NCBI GenBank assembly: GCA_015233335.1
Contig: JADFXX010000002.1
Coordinates: 891-64,890 of the forward strand
Origin: Candidatus Omnitrophota bacterium
GTDB lineage: Bacteria > Omnitrophota > Gorgyraeia > Zapsychrales > Fredricksoniimonadaceae
Length of the DNA: 64,000 nt
Direction of reading: 5' to 3'
Part shown: in pieces, positions 28,258 through 39,116 of the stretch
How positions within the stretch are numbered: the first letter of the stretch is position 1
How the letters are laid out: each line of letters begins with the position of its first letter
Notes under the pieces: generated by a model
Database searches by the model: none
What the model saw: only the letters and a program-made list of their open reading frames with translations
What the model was told of the DNA's origin: nothing
Made by a program: the position numbers and the translations under genes

Positions 28258-29298
28258 TCAACAAATTCTTGGAAGTTGTTCACCGCTGATCATATCTAAA
28301 ATACGGCTGGCTCCAATAAAACTTTTTAGGATCACCACAGGCTTGCATTCCCCTAAAACTTTTCCAATACGGCAGGCCCCTTGACCTAAAGCATGACTTT
28401 GCAAAATTTCTAAAGCTTTTGGAGCCTGCGTCTCGGGAACAAAAACGATAAAACGGCCCTCATTCGCTACATACAATGGATCCAAACCCAAAATCGCACA
28501 GGCGGATGCTACTTGTTGGTGCACCGGAACAGAAGCCTCATCAATTTGAATTGTCTTGGAGGAGCCCTGTGCTATTTCATTAAGCGCACTGGCCAAACCA
28601 CCGCGCGTTAAATCACGCATACAATGTATCTCAATTCCCGCTTGAATCAAACGGCTAACAATATCATTAAGTGGGGCACAATCACTTTCAATTGTAGTTT
28701 GAAAATCAAGCCCCTCACGCGTGGCCATAATAGCTATGCCGTGACGCCCGACATCCCCGTTAATCAAAATCGCATCCCCTGCTTGAACACTGGCGGGAAC
28801 AATAGGCCCTTCACATTCAACAATGCCGATACCGGAAGTGTTAATATAAATACCGTCTCCTTTACCGCGTTCAACGACCTTAGTGTCCCCTGTAACAATT
28901 TTAACTCCTGCGGCATCAGCAGCTTTTCTAATAGAACGCACAATACGCCATAGAATATCCATTGAGAGTCCTTCTTCAAGAATAAATCCCAAACTTAAAT
29001 ATAAAGGCCGTGCGCCTGACATGCTCAGATCATTAACAGTCCCATTGACAGCCAATGTCCCAATGTCCCCTCCCGGAAAAAACAAAGGACTGACCACAAA
29101 AGAATCGGTTGTGAATGCTATTCGAGGGGCAGGCAAATTTAAAACGGTCGAATCATGCAAGCCAGACGCCGGTTTGGGGCCAAAAACTTCAGTAAACATT
29201 TTCTCAATCAATTGCTGCATCAATTTTCCGCCACCGCCATGAGCTAAAAGCACGCAAGGATATTGTTGAATAGGAAAAGGACAATTCCATGTATCCAT
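28258..29298 (-). CDS. hypE: Hydrogenase maturation protein HypE
   Basis: 346 aa. AIR-synthase-like fold motifs and the diagnostic C-terminus ...GEQLPRIC. Confidence 0.9.
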   Translation of the reverse strand: MDTWNCPFPIQQYPCVLLAHGGGGKLMQQLIEKMFTEVFGPKPASGLHDSTVLNLPAPRIAFTTDSFVVSPLFFPGGDIGTLAVNGTVNDLSMSGARPLYLSLGFILEEGLSMDILWRIVRSIRKAADAAGVKIVTGDTKVVERGKGDGIYINTSGIGIVECEGPIVPASVQAGDAILINGDVGRHGIAIMATREGLDFQTTIESDCAPLNDIVSRLIQAGIEIHCMRDLTRGGLASALNEIAQGSSKTIQIDEASVPVHQQVASACAILGLDPLYVANEGRFIVFVPETQAPKALEILQSHALGQGACRIGKVLGECKPVVILKSFIGASRILDMISGEQLPRIC

Positions 29299-29303
29299 GA
29301 CAG

Positions 29304-30386
29304 CTACCTCTTATACCTGTAATAAGCCGAGCAAGCACCTTCTGACGAAACCATGGTTGCTCCCAAGGGATGTTCCGGAGTGCATGTAACGGCAAATGCC
29401 GGGCATTCGTGAGGCTTTTTGACACCTTGGAGAATAAGCCCGCTTAAGCAATCCCGGCTTTCCTGTGTTTTTATGTCCCCTAAATTAAATTTGAGCTCTG
29501 CGTCGTAATCCCTGTACTGTGGAGTCAAAGAAAAGCCACTCTGAGGGATTTCTCCTATGCCGCGCCATTTACGCGGCGTCACGCAAAAAACTTTAGTAAT
29601 TAAATCCTGCGCATAAACATTGCCCTCCGCCCTGACGGAACGGGCATATTGATTTTCCACGTCATATTGGCCCTCTTCTAACTGCTCAACACACATGGCA
29701 ATACCCTGTAAAATGTCGAGCGGCTCAAATCCTGTCACAACAATCGGCACTTTATACTTTGCCGCAATGGGTGAATATTCTCTATAGCCCATCACCGTAC
29801 ATACATGGCCTGCGGCTAAAAAACCCTGCACGCGATTATTTTTAGACGATAATATTGCCTCCATTGCTGGCGGGACCAAGACATGGGAAACAAGTAACGA
29901 AAAATTATGCAACCCCCGCTCACGCGCCTGGTAAACAGCCATAGCATTAGCTGGAGCTGTCGTCTCAAAACCAACCGCAAAGAAAACGATCTCCTTTTTG
30001 GGGTTGTCCTGCGCTATTTTAAGGGCATCTAAAGGAGAGTATACAATACGCACATCTCCCCCTTGGGCTTTAACAGACAGCAGATCCCCTCCTGTGCCCG
30101 GCACTCGCAACATGTCTCCAAAAGAACAAAAAATCACATCATGCCGGGCCGCAATGGCCAATGCCCGATCGATCATCTCCAAAGGTGTCACGCACACCGG
30201 ACAGCCCGGCCCATGCACCAGTTCAATTTTATCAGGAAGAAGCGTATCAATACCGAATTTTACAATGGCATGCGTCTGCCCACCGCAAACCTCCATGATG
30301 ACCCAAGGCTTAGTCGTAATTTTATAAATTTGCCGGGATAATTGTGCGGCCAACTTTGGATCTTTATATTCGTCTAAATATTTCAT
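29304..30386 (-). CDS. hypD: Hydrogenase maturation protein HypD
   Basis: 360 aa. Motifs [19 protein letters not shown] and FEPLD. Confidence 0.9.
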   Translation of the reverse strand: MKYLDEYKDPKLAAQLSRQIYKITTKPWVIMEVCGGQTHAIVKFGIDTLLPDKIELVHGPGCPVCVTPLEMIDRALAIAARHDVIFCSFGDMLRVPGTGGDLLSVKAQGGDVRIVYSPLDALKIAQDNPKKEIVFFAVGFETTAPANAMAVYQARERGLHNFSLLVSHVLVPPAMEAILSSKNNRVQGFLAAGHVCTVMGYREYSPIAAKYKVPIVVTGFEPLDILQGIAMCVEQLEEGQYDVENQYARSVRAEGNVYAQDLITKVFCVTPRKWRGIGEIPQSGFSLTPQYRDYDAELKFNLGDIKTQESRDCLSGLILQGVKKPHECPAFAVTCTPEHPLGATMVSSEGACSAYYRYKR

Positions 30387-30628
30387 ATCCCCTCTATCTC
30401 ACCCATTTCTTTCAAATATTCGAAAACCTTCATAGCCTCTTCTTGATCAACGATGCTAAGAGCAAAACCCACATGCACGATCACGTAATCTCCGGGCTTG
30501 GCCTGCGGAACATAGGCCAAAGAAACTTCCTTTAAAATGCCGCCAAAGTTGACTTGTCCCTTGATATTAAGCAGATCGGCTTGGGAGCCTGTGATGCTTT
30601 CAATTCTTCCCGGTACGGCCAGACACAT
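30383..30628 (-). CDS. hypC: Hydrogenase maturation chaperone HypC
   Basis: 81 aa. N-terminal MCLAVPGRI signature. Confidence 0.9.
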   Translation of the reverse strand: MCLAVPGRIESITGSQADLLNIKGQVNFGGILKEVSLAYVPQAKPGDYVIVHVGFALSIVDQEEAMKVFEYLKEMGEIEGI

Positions 30629-32903
30629 TTTCTCTCCTTTTTGCCATCACAAACATTTGTCCCAGCGAAATGCCCCCATCATTGGCAGGAATTTGTTTAT
30701 GCCAGTAAGGCTTGAATCCTTCTTCTTTAAGTCTGTCAACAGCCTTTTGGGTAAGCCATTTATTTTGAAAACAGCCTCCCGTTAAAATAACAGGAATTTG
30801 ACCCGCTTGGCATGCCAAATCGACGATGATTTCGATCAAAGTTTGATGAAATCGCGTTGAGATCATCCGTATATCGCGCTTGGCACGAAAATCTTCGATA
30901 ACTCCCTGAATAATTCCTGACCAATCAATCCCGAGCGCGCCATTCATCTGATGCGAAGGAATTATCTTATAACAATACGGCGCTAATACAAGATTTTCTA
31001 TCACCTGATACTCCAAGGCCATGGCGGCCTGACCTTCAAAGCTCGTTTGATGACATAAGCCAACCATTGAGGCAATGCCATCAAACAAACGCCCCATGCT
31101 AGACGTCTGAGGGCTATTAATCTTTTGGGTGATCATCCGCTGAATGACAGTCAATTCTTCTAAGCTGAATGCCTTTACACAGGGCAAATCTTTATACTCC
31201 TGCCAGTTTCCGTTACAAAAAACATGCAATAGTCCCAACGCCGAACGTCTAGGTTCTTTAACGGCTTGCTCTCCTCCCGGCAAAGCAAATAAATTTAAAT
31301 GTGCGAAACGTCGATAATCAAGACCATCTGTCAGCAAGCATTCTCCTCCCCAAATTGTACCATCAAGGCCATAGCCTGTCCCGTCCCAACAAACACCCAA
31401 AACATCTTGGTTTAAGCCCCATTCCGCCATTGACGACGCTACATGAGCATGATGGTGCTGGACTTGGGTCACTTTGACTTTTAATGAATGGGCAAAACGT
31501 GTGGAAATGTAGTCAGGATGCGCATCACAAACCACGTCTGTTAAAGGGGCATCATAAATTGATTTTAAACTGCGCACCGTTTCTTCAAATGTTATATAGG
31601 AAACCTGAGCGTCTAAATCACCAATATGCTGGCTTACAACCGCGGATGCCCCAAGACCCAAAGCCACGGTATTTTTTTGATGCGCTCCTGTGGTCAAAAT
31701 GCCATCACAACTTATTCCGATATCAACCGGCAAAGGCGCAAACCCACGCGCACGACGAAGCAAAGAGGGTTCATTGCACATAACCTGCATGATGGAATCA
31801 TCTACATGACGGATAATGGAACGGTCGTGCACCAAAAAGAAATCCGCAATGCCTTTTAAACGTTCTAAACATTCAACATTATCAATACAAATAGGTTCAT
31901 CACTTAAGTTCCCACTAGTGGCAACAACGGGCCCCTCCATTGTTTTCATAAAGATATGAAGCAAAGGCATTGAAGGAAGCATGCAACCCAAATAGGGGTT
32001 TTGAGGAGCCACTGATTCTGCGACCTTAAGGCCTTCTGGCGCTTTTCGTAATAAAACAATTGGAGCCTGGGCTGATTGAATAAGCTCTGCCTCTAACGGG
32101 TCCAAATAGCAGTATTTAGCTGTAAGGTCCAAAGAAGGCATCATCAAAGCAAAAGGCTTATGCGGCCTGCTTTTCCTCTGACGCAATAAAGAAACCGCAT
32201 CCTCATTAAGAGCGTCTGCCATCAAATAAAATCCTCCCAACGCCTTAACAGCGACTATCCTTCCTTGCTTGATCATCTCCACCGTTTTAAGAACTGCCAT
32301 ATGGGCAATATCAATGCTGCCCCCTAGAGCGTCCAATAAAGCAACCTTAGGGCCGCAAACAGGACAAGCATTAGGTTGAGCATGAAAACGCCGATTTAAA
32401 GGGTCATCATATTCCGTCTGGCATTGTTCACACATGATAAATTTCTTCATAGATGTATTGATCCGGTCATACGGCAAAGCCTCAATAATCGAATACCTTG
32501 GGCCGCAATGCGTACAATTGGTAAACGGATATAAATAACGACGGTCGTTAGGGTCAAAAACTTCCTTAAGACATAAAGAACAACTGGCCATATCAGGAAG
32601 AATTAGCGCTTCATGCTGATTTCGATCAAGACTGGATAAGATCTGAAATTGATGAAACCCTTGAGGCTGAATATCGGTGAGAAGACATTGAGAAATGGCA
32701 CAATGTAATGGAGGCTCTCCATGGACCTTCTGTAAGAAATCCTCTACATCTTTTGACGCCCCTTCAATTTCTATACAAGCCCCATCTGACGTGTTACGGA
32801 CAAAACCCTTAAGATTGAATTGCGCGGCCAGCCGGTATATCCATGGCCGGAAACCCACTCCTTGAACAGTGCCCCGAACGAGACACCTGATTGATCTTAT
32901 CAT
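30600..32903 (-). CDS. hypF: Carbamoyltransferase HypF
   Basis: 767 aa. Acylphosphatase-like start VRGTVQGVGFRPW, two CxxC-x18-CxxC zinc fingers, YrdC-like and Kae1-like domains. Confidence 0.9.
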   Translation of the reverse strand: MIRSIRCLVRGTVQGVGFRPWIYRLAAQFNLKGFVRNTSDGACIEIEGASKDVEDFLQKVHGEPPLHCAISQCLLTDIQPQGFHQFQILSSLDRNQHEALILPDMASCSLCLKEVFDPNDRRYLYPFTNCTHCGPRYSIIEALPYDRINTSMKKFIMCEQCQTEYDDPLNRRFHAQPNACPVCGPKVALLDALGGSIDIAHMAVLKTVEMIKQGRIVAVKALGGFYLMADALNEDAVSLLRQRKSRPHKPFALMMPSLDLTAKYCYLDPLEAELIQSAQAPIVLLRKAPEGLKVAESVAPQNPYLGCMLPSMPLLHIFMKTMEGPVVATSGNLSDEPICIDNVECLERLKGIADFFLVHDRSIIRHVDDSIMQVMCNEPSLLRRARGFAPLPVDIGISCDGILTTGAHQKNTVALGLGASAVVSQHIGDLDAQVSYITFEETVRSLKSIYDAPLTDVVCDAHPDYISTRFAHSLKVKVTQVQHHHAHVASSMAEWGLNQDVLGVCWDGTGYGLDGTIWGGECLLTDGLDYRRFAHLNLFALPGGEQAVKEPRRSALGLLHVFCNGNWQEYKDLPCVKAFSLEELTVIQRMITQKINSPQTSSMGRLFDGIASMVGLCHQTSFEGQAAMALEYQVIENLVLAPYCYKIIPSHQMNGALGIDWSGIIQGVIEDFRAKRDIRMISTRFHQTLIEIIVDLACQAGQIPVILTGGCFQNKWLTQKAVDRLKEEGFKPYWHKQIPANDGGISLGQMFVMAKRRENVSGRTGKN

Positions 32904-33247
32904 GGCTTGAATACTATTTGCTCGATGGTGACATGATCACCGGCAATGGTTTTAACCTGACGGGAATGACAAAAAGAACATAAAAGAAGATGATGATCTT
33001 CCAAGGGCCCTTGCTTACCGCATTGACCGCAGACAACGAGCATGGGTTCTTCTAAAAGGTTAAGCTGAACACCCTCTAGGATTGAACCCTTGGTCAGAAG
33101 ATCATAGTGCATCAGCACCGAATCGGCCACGAGATGATATGATTCTCCAACCTTCACGGTGACGGATTCGATCGTGCGTCCGGGATGTTTTTTAAGCTCC
33201 CCCACAATCGCATCGACAATGTTCTCAGTAAAATGCCCTTCGTGCAT
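32900..33247 (-). CDS. hypA: Nickel-insertion protein HypA
   Basis: 115 aa. MHE start and CGQCG...CSFCHS zinc site. Confidence 0.85.
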   Translation of the reverse strand: MHEGHFTENIVDAIVGELKKHPGRTIESVTVKVGESYHLVADSVLMHYDLLTKGSILEGVQLNLLEEPMLVVCGQCGKQGPLEDHHLLLCSFCHSRQVKTIAGDHVTIEQIVFKP

Positions 33248-33250
33248 AAG

Positions 33251-33739
33251 CTAGCTCTCGATCAACGAACATATTAGCTCAACCGCCTCTTTGGCGCAAG
33301 CAAGAACATGCGGGGATATTTTATCACCTACTTCAAAACTGTCACCACGAACAGAGCACAATTGCAAAGGAAGATCTTTTTTGTAAATACTTTGAGCAAG
33401 ACTTACATACATTGCTGGGGATAAATGATGAGAGGATGAAACTGTCAGATCTTTGGTTCCTTTGACTTGACGGATATCTATGGGCTGCCCGGCAACTGAC
33501 GCGTCAACAAGGATCACCTTCTCAAAATCAAGCATTGACTCCAGGTCTTCAACATGTAATTGCTGAGTCACCCGGACTTTAACACCCTTCAATCGGCGTG
33601 CCTCAATACACTCAACCACATAAGGCCCTACGCCATCATCAGAGCGCATAGGATTGCCGACACCGATGACCAAAATATTTCTAGGCTTATCCCCGTTTAA
33701 GGACATGGACAACGTCGCCCGTATGGTCATGAACTTCAA
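33251..33739 (-). CDS. hoxW: [NiFe] hydrogenase maturation endopeptidase (HoxW/HybD family); true start probably ATG at 33706
   Basis: Motif ILVIGVGNPMRSDDGVGPYV. The 5' end of the track ORF overlaps hoxH. Confidence 0.8.
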   Translation of the reverse strand: MKFMTIRATLSMSLNGDKPRNILVIGVGNPMRSDDGVGPYVVECIEARRLKGVKVRVTQQLHVEDLESMLDFEKVILVDASVAGQPIDIRQVKGTKDLTVSSSHHLSPAMYVSLAQSIYKKDLPLQLCSVRGDSFEVGDKISPHVLACAKEAVELICSLIES

Positions 33740-35132
33740 TAACCATAGGCATTGATCCTATCGCATGTGTTGAGCAGGAAAGGCAAGGGTCATAACAACG
33801 GATGGCCGCCTCTACCCGGTTGAGCGCCCCTTCCTTGACATCTTTACCTTGAACATATTGCCGGGCCACTTCTAAAACTGAGCGGTTCATGGCAGGATTG
33901 TTCTGGCCTGTTGCGATCAAAAGATTAACACGGGTCAATTTTCCGCTGTCATCTGTATTGTAGTGGTGAAACAGGGTCCCTCTAGGAGCTTCGGAAGAAC
34001 CGACCCCCTCATTAAAATTATGTTTGCCTTGTGATTGGATATCCTCTGAGGTCACTTTCGGATCTTTAAGGATAAGCTCCAGTTCTTCAATGGAGCCTAG
34101 CAACTCGATTAAACGCGTATAATGAAAATAAAAAGTGCCATGAACCGGCTTGCCGCCATTCATAGATTTAAAACTTAAAAATTCTTTCTGGGCTTGAGCC
34201 GTCTTCATCCGGGACGCCACATTCAATCGCGCCAGGGGCCCGACCCGGTAAAACCCTTTTTCAAAACCGTAGGGTTTATAGTAAGGATATTTTAAATAAG
34301 ACCATTCGATCGGACGTTCCGCAATATAATCAAGATAATTCTTGGGATCTATCTGATCCTTAAGGATCTTGCCGTCCGCATCAACAAACCTTAATTTTCC
34401 GTCATACAACTCTGCCTCCCCATCCGGCCCCACCGTCCCTAAATAAAGGGTCGGGAAGTTGGCAAAACTGTTAACCATCTCTCTGTTCTGAGTATGATAT
34501 TTTTTGATTAATTCGAGCCCTATCATGGTGGTTTCTGTCGCCTCAGGAATCCAGGCAAGCAGAGCCTTGCGGTTTTCCTCAGTCAAAGGAAAACCCATGC
34601 CTCCGGGAACAATACCCATGATATGGATTTTCTTGCCAGTAATGCGTTCACTGATCTCCTGGCCAAATTTACGCAAACGGATACCCTTGAGGGCTAATTC
34701 AGGGGAGTGCTGGGCGAGCCCGACCACGTTACGCAAGGCTGGGTCACTATCCCACCCTAAAATAAAATCCGGGGAAGACAAATGAAAGAATGAAAGCGCA
34801 TGGGAAGAAACCATCTGCCCCAGATGAACCAGACGGCGCAACAAATTTCCTGTATAGGTCGGCTTGATCCCCATGATCATTTCGCAAGCCTTTACACTAG
34901 CCAAAGAATGGCTCCCCGGACAGATCCCGCAGATACGCGGGGTGATCGAAGGCATTTCTGTAAACAACCGGCCCTCACAAAACTTTTCAAATCCACGGAA
35001 TTCATTGACATGGAAACGCGCATCTTGGACCTTGCCGTCTTGACCTAACATGATCGTGATCTTGGCATGCCCTTCAATACGAGTCACTGGAGAAATCAAG
35101 ATTGTGTTATCTCGATTGATCTGATTATCCAT
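33687..35132 (-). CDS. hoxH: NAD-linked bidirectional [NiFe] hydrogenase large subunit
   Basis: 481 aa. N-terminal RICGICPGSH and C-terminal DPCLSCSTH Ni-binding motifs, followed by a 25-aa cleavable extension. Confidence 0.9.
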   Translation of the reverse strand: MDNQINRDNTILISPVTRIEGHAKITIMLGQDGKVQDARFHVNEFRGFEKFCEGRLFTEMPSITPRICGICPGSHSLASVKACEMIMGIKPTYTGNLLRRLVHLGQMVSSHALSFFHLSSPDFILGWDSDPALRNVVGLAQHSPELALKGIRLRKFGQEISERITGKKIHIMGIVPGGMGFPLTEENRKALLAWIPEATETTMIGLELIKKYHTQNREMVNSFANFPTLYLGTVGPDGEAELYDGKLRFVDADGKILKDQIDPKNYLDYIAERPIEWSYLKYPYYKPYGFEKGFYRVGPLARLNVASRMKTAQAQKEFLSFKSMNGGKPVHGTFYFHYTRLIELLGSIEELELILKDPKVTSEDIQSQGKHNFNEGVGSSEAPRGTLFHHYNTDDSGKLTRVNLLIATGQNNPAMNRSVLEVARQYVQGKDVKEGALNRVEAAIRCYDPCLSCSTHAIGSMPMVIEVHDHTGDVVHVLKRG

Positions 35133-35667
35133 ATTTTAACTTCCTTTCCTGCGCTAAATTCGGTATGCGGTCATTAAGAAGTTCCGCCAGCACGTAAAAA
35201 ATCGTATCTGCTGACGGAGGACAACCCGGTATCGAAAAATCCACTTTAACAACCTCTTGCAGAGGGACCACTTTATCACGCAGTTTCAAAAGTGCCGGAT
35301 GATCTGGGGTTTTGCCTTCCTTGTCATTGCTGGCAGCTTGAATATACGCATAATTGAAGACTTCCTCTTTGGTCAAACAATTGCGCATACCCGTGACATT
35401 GGTCGTCACCGCGCAGTCACCTAGGGCGATCAGCACACGGGATTTCTTACGGATATGCAATAATTCATGCAAATGTTCATCACTGGTCACAGAACCTTCA
35501 ACCAATGCGATATCAGCTTCCGGAAACTCCTTGGTATCCACAATGGGACACTTGACAATATCAGCCAGTTTAATGACATCAAGGATGCGCTCATCTATAT
35601 CTAAAAGCGACATATGGCACCCTGAACATCCCCCCAGCCATACTGTTGCCAATTTTTTCTTTGTCAT
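35125..35667 (-). CDS. hoxY: Bidirectional [NiFe] hydrogenase small subunit
   Basis: 180 aa. Motifs WLGGCSGCHMS and GCPP. Confidence 0.85.
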   Translation of the reverse strand: MTKKKLATVWLGGCSGCHMSLLDIDERILDVIKLADIVKCPIVDTKEFPEADIALVEGSVTSDEHLHELLHIRKKSRVLIALGDCAVTTNVTGMRNCLTKEEVFNYAYIQAASNDKEGKTPDHPALLKLRDKVVPLQEVVKVDFSIPGCPPSADTIFYVLAELLNDRIPNLAQERKLKYG

Positions 35668-36371
35668 AGATTCATCTTTCTTTTAGCCACAAGCTCACTG
35701 ACCATCTGTGGTTGTTTGACTAATTGTCCCTGCACTGCGGCTTTAGACCACAGCGCTCCCGTAGGACAAACATTGACGCACTTACTGCAGGCCGTGCAAG
35801 TCGTAGAATCGCCCCAAGGAGTATTAAAATCGGATATGACCCTCACCTGAAACCCTCGGTTCATAATACCCCAATTATGGGCCCCTTCTACTTCAGAGCA
35901 GACCCGTACACAACGAACGCACATGATGCAACGGTTATGGTCCATCACATACCATGGATGTGATGTGTCCACCTCACATTTAGGGAAAAGATATGGAAAA
36001 CGCACATGCTCCATCCCTACTTTATATCCCAAATCCTGCAATTCACAATTGCCATCAGCAATACACACGGCACATATATGATTGCGCTCGGCAAATAACA
36101 ATTCCGTTGTAATCTTCTGATATTTTTTTAATTTCTCTGTCTGAGTTTTAATGACCTGATTGGCGGCTACCTTTGTGGTGCAAGCAGGCAAAAGTTTATT
36201 GATCCCCTCGATCTCAACCAGACACAAACGGCAAGCCCCGACATCGCCAATCCCTTCAAAATGACACATGGTCAGGATCTCAATTTCATTTTCACGACAA
36301 ACATCCAAAATGGTCCGACCCACATCCACTTCTAAGGCGCGACCATCAATATTTACCGGAATTTTAGGCAT
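35664..36371 (-). CDS. hoxU: Hydrogenase diaphorase subunit HoxU (NuoG N-terminal-like Fe-S protein)
   Basis: 235 aa. [2Fe-2S] CRLCLVE...C and several [4Fe-4S] motifs ([23 protein letters not shown]). Confidence 0.85.
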   Translation of the reverse strand: MPKIPVNIDGRALEVDVGRTILDVCRENEIEILTMCHFEGIGDVGACRLCLVEIEGINKLLPACTTKVAANQVIKTQTEKLKKYQKITTELLFAERNHICAVCIADGNCELQDLGYKVGMEHVRFPYLFPKCEVDTSHPWYVMDHNRCIMCVRCVRVCSEVEGAHNWGIMNRGFQVRVISDFNTPWGDSTTCTACSKCVNVCPTGALWSKAAVQGQLVKQPQMVSELVAKRKMNL

Positions 36372-38028
36372 GGGAAACCCCCTCTAATTCTTTGTTCCTG
36401 TCAATATGGGCCAAATATTCATTTTTATAATACCTTAAGGTGCTAAGCAGCGGATTAGGAGCTGACATCCCTAAACCGCAAAGACTGGATTCCTTCACAT
36501 AAACCGCCAATTCTTCCAGCCTCTCAATATCTCTGAGTGTGCCATGACCGGCGCAAACTTTACTTAAAAGATCATACATCATCTTGGTCCCCACGCGACA
36601 AGGAACGCATTTGCCGCAAGACTCATCCATGCAAAATTCCATAAAGAACCGGGCCACATCCACCATATCCGAGGTGTCATCCATAATGATCAACCCCCCG
36701 GAACCCATAATGGAACCAAGGCTCACCAAAGACTCATAATCAACTTTTGTATCAAGATGTTCTTTGGGAATACACCCACCTGATGGTCCTCCGGTTTGCG
36801 CTGATTTAAATTCCCGTCCTCCGGGAACGCCGCCGCCTATGTCAAACACAATCTCACGCAAAGTCATCCCCATTGGGACTTCAATCAGACCTGAATAATT
36901 AATCTTACCGGCCAGAGCGAAGACTTTTGTTCCTGCACTCTTAGGAGTGCCGATAGCACCGTACCATTGACCGCCACGGTTAATGATAGGAGCAATACTG
37001 GCTAAGGTCTCAACATTGTTGATCAAAGTCGGCTTTCCCCATAAACCAACTTCCGCAGGAAAGGGCGGCCTTGGACGGGGCATGCCGCGCTTGCCTTCAA
37101 TTGAGGCAATCAATGCAGTTTCTTCACCGCAAACAAAAGCCCCTGCACCTATACGGATCTCAACCTCAAAAGAAAAATTGCTCCCTAAAATATTAGGGCC
37201 CAACAATCCCTGTTTCTTGGCAGCTTTAATAGCCGCTTCAAAACGCTTGATAGCCAACGGATATTCACCACGGATATATGCAAAACCTTTACTAGCCCCG
37301 ACTGCATAACCGGCAATAGCCATCCCTTCCAGAACACGATGAGGGTTTCCTTCCAAAACACTACGGTCCATAAAAGCACCGGGGTCCCCTTCATCTCCGT
37401 TACAAATGACATATTTCTGATCGGCTACATACTTAAACACCGTTTCCCATTTGATCCCTGTCGGAAAACCGGCGCCGCCGCGGCCGCGCAAACGGCTATT
37501 TTTGATTTCCCCGATCACATCCTCACGTGACATCTGAAATAATGCCTTATCCAAAGCCTTGTAACCGTCGCGAACAATATAATCTTCAATAACTTCCGGA
37601 TTAATGTCCCCGCAGTCTTCTAAAACGATCTTATGCTGTTTTTTAAAAAAGGGATCTTCCAAGGCATTCACAAAAGCCTTGGGACGGGAATCTGAAAAGA
37701 GCAATAAGTCCTCTATGGGTTTTTTCTCAATTAATTGACTCTGCACAACGGCAGCAATGTTGGCACAAGTGACCTTCTGATACATCGTGTATTCCGGCAT
37801 CACCTTGACCAAAGGCCCCTGATTGCAAGGCCCCATGCATCCTGAGGGGACAACCTCAATTTCCCCCTCTAAGCCGCGAGACTTAACCTCTTCCTGCAAT
37901 TTTTTAAGAACGGCTTCTGAACCGGAAGAAATGCATCCGGCCCCGCAACACACACAGACTCTTCGTTTATATTGTTCCTGTTTGACACGGGCCTGCTGGG
38001 CCGTTGTGATTAAATCCTGACGGTTCAT
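36364..38028 (-). CDS. hoxF: Hydrogenase diaphorase subunit HoxF (NuoF-like, NAD(P)H/FMN binding)
   Basis: 554 aa. Motifs [20 protein letters not shown] and [10 protein letters not shown]. Confidence 0.9.
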   Translation of the reverse strand: MNRQDLITTAQQARVKQEQYKRRVCVCCGAGCISSGSEAVLKKLQEEVKSRGLEGEIEVVPSGCMGPCNQGPLVKVMPEYTMYQKVTCANIAAVVQSQLIEKKPIEDLLLFSDSRPKAFVNALEDPFFKKQHKIVLEDCGDINPEVIEDYIVRDGYKALDKALFQMSREDVIGEIKNSRLRGRGGAGFPTGIKWETVFKYVADQKYVICNGDEGDPGAFMDRSVLEGNPHRVLEGMAIAGYAVGASKGFAYIRGEYPLAIKRFEAAIKAAKKQGLLGPNILGSNFSFEVEIRIGAGAFVCGEETALIASIEGKRGMPRPRPPFPAEVGLWGKPTLINNVETLASIAPIINRGGQWYGAIGTPKSAGTKVFALAGKINYSGLIEVPMGMTLREIVFDIGGGVPGGREFKSAQTGGPSGGCIPKEHLDTKVDYESLVSLGSIMGSGGLIIMDDTSDMVDVARFFMEFCMDESCGKCVPCRVGTKMMYDLLSKVCAGHGTLRDIERLEELAVYVKESSLCGLGMSAPNPLLSTLRYYKNEYLAHIDRNKELEGVSHA

Positions 38029-38537
38029 ACTTGGGCTCCAATTTTTGAAAGGATCATGTTTTTAACTTCTTCAGGTTTGACCTTGGCATGAACCTCTTCA
38101 TCAATAACGATCGCCGGGGCAAGACCACAGGCACCTATGCAGCGGGCCGTTGAAACGCCCAACTTGTTATCAGGGCTTACCTGACCCGGTTTGAGTGAAA
38201 AATCCTTCTCAATTTCAGACAAAATATGCTCCGCTCCCTTGACGTAGCAGGCTGTTCCGGTGCAAACCAGGCAGGTATGCTCACCTTTGGATTTTAAGGA
38301 AAAGAAATGGTAAAACGTCACCGTTGAATACACCCTGCTGGGAGGGACCTTGAGCTCTTTAGTCACAAAAGCCAGTACGCTCATGGGAAGAAAACCAAAA
38401 GAGTTCTGGGCTGTATGTAAAATTTCAATGAGCGCATCCGGCCTGTAATTCTCTTTTTTCATCTTCGCTATGATCTGCTTGACGCGCGGATCACTCCTCG
38501 AAAGATTCTCGTCAAGGATGGATTTCTTAGGTTTCAT
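38025..38537 (-). CDS. hoxE: Hydrogenase diaphorase subunit HoxE (NuoE-like [2Fe-2S])
   Basis: 170 aa. Motifs [10 protein letters not shown]...CIGACGLAP. Confidence 0.85.
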   Translation of the reverse strand: MKPKKSILDENLSRSDPRVKQIIAKMKKENYRPDALIEILHTAQNSFGFLPMSVLAFVTKELKVPPSRVYSTVTFYHFFSLKSKGEHTCLVCTGTACYVKGAEHILSEIEKDFSLKPGQVSPDNKLGVSTARCIGACGLAPAIVIDEEVHAKVKPEEVKNMILSKIGAQV

Positions 38538-38546
38538 ACGGACTCC

Positions 38547-38999
38547 TTAAATAGCATGGTACATTTCAAGAAGCTGTTGACGGGTAGCCTCAAGCCTTTG
38601 CACGAATATACCGGCTAATCTCTTAAAAATCTCATAACCCAAATCATGGTCTTTTTCACTTTTTTTACGAATATACTCACCGTCGATTATAAGCAGTTCG
38701 GTGTTCTCTATAACGCGCGCATTAAATCTCCACTCATAAGGAGAGATCATCCACGACCAGCCAAGGATTTCCCCTTCTTTTAATGTCTGGATGGAAAAGG
38801 GTTTGCCCTCAGGCGATGTCACTTCGATCGAAACTTTTCCTTTAAGGATCAAAAAGAGCTTATTGGCCTCCTGTTTTTCTTGGAACACATATTCATTGGC
38901 CTTAAATGTATCTTTGCTCATCCGGCTCGAAAGAAGATCCAGATGTTCTTTCTTCATCCCCTCAAAAAAAGAATAAGAAGCTAAATTAACATCTTGCAT
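38547..38999 (-). CDS. Cyclic-nucleotide-binding-domain-only protein (no DNA-binding domain)
   Basis: 150 aa. CNB beta-roll pattern (FLILKGKV...GEILGWSW...RFNARV...). Strong SD AGGGAGG. Lies 9 nt upstream of hoxE. Confidence 0.7.
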   Translation of the reverse strand: MQDVNLASYSFFEGMKKEHLDLLSSRMSKDTFKANEYVFQEKQEANKLFLILKGKVSIEVTSPEGKPFSIQTLKEGEILGWSWMISPYEWRFNARVIENTELLIIDGEYIRKKSEKDHDLGYEIFKRLAGIFVQRLEATRQQLLEMYHAI

Positions 39000-39081
39000 A
39001 TTTCCTCCCTTTTTTTAATGAGAAACTATTATGATATGCTTTTTCTATGGAATTCTCAACTCAAATTATGTTATATTATGT

Positions 39082-39096
39082 ATAAGAATATCTTAT
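39082..39096. promoter_or_regulatory. LysR-type T-N11-A dyad (ATAAGA-ATA-TCTTAT)
   Basis: Perfect 6-bp inverted arms around a 3-nt centre, 20 nt upstream of the LysR ATG, in the 117-nt divergent intergenic region shared with the hox operon. Confidence 0.45.
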
Positions 39097-39116
39097 CAAC
39101 TCATAAAACTTAAATT

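Noticed and set aside
33687-35132. Checked hydrogenase and hyp genes for in-frame UGA (selenocysteine) or frameshifts
   Set aside because: HoxH has Cys in both Ni-binding motifs (RICGICPGSH, DPCLSCSTH) and all hox/hyp ORFs are full length. Overlaps such as hypF/hypC (29 nt) are ordinary.
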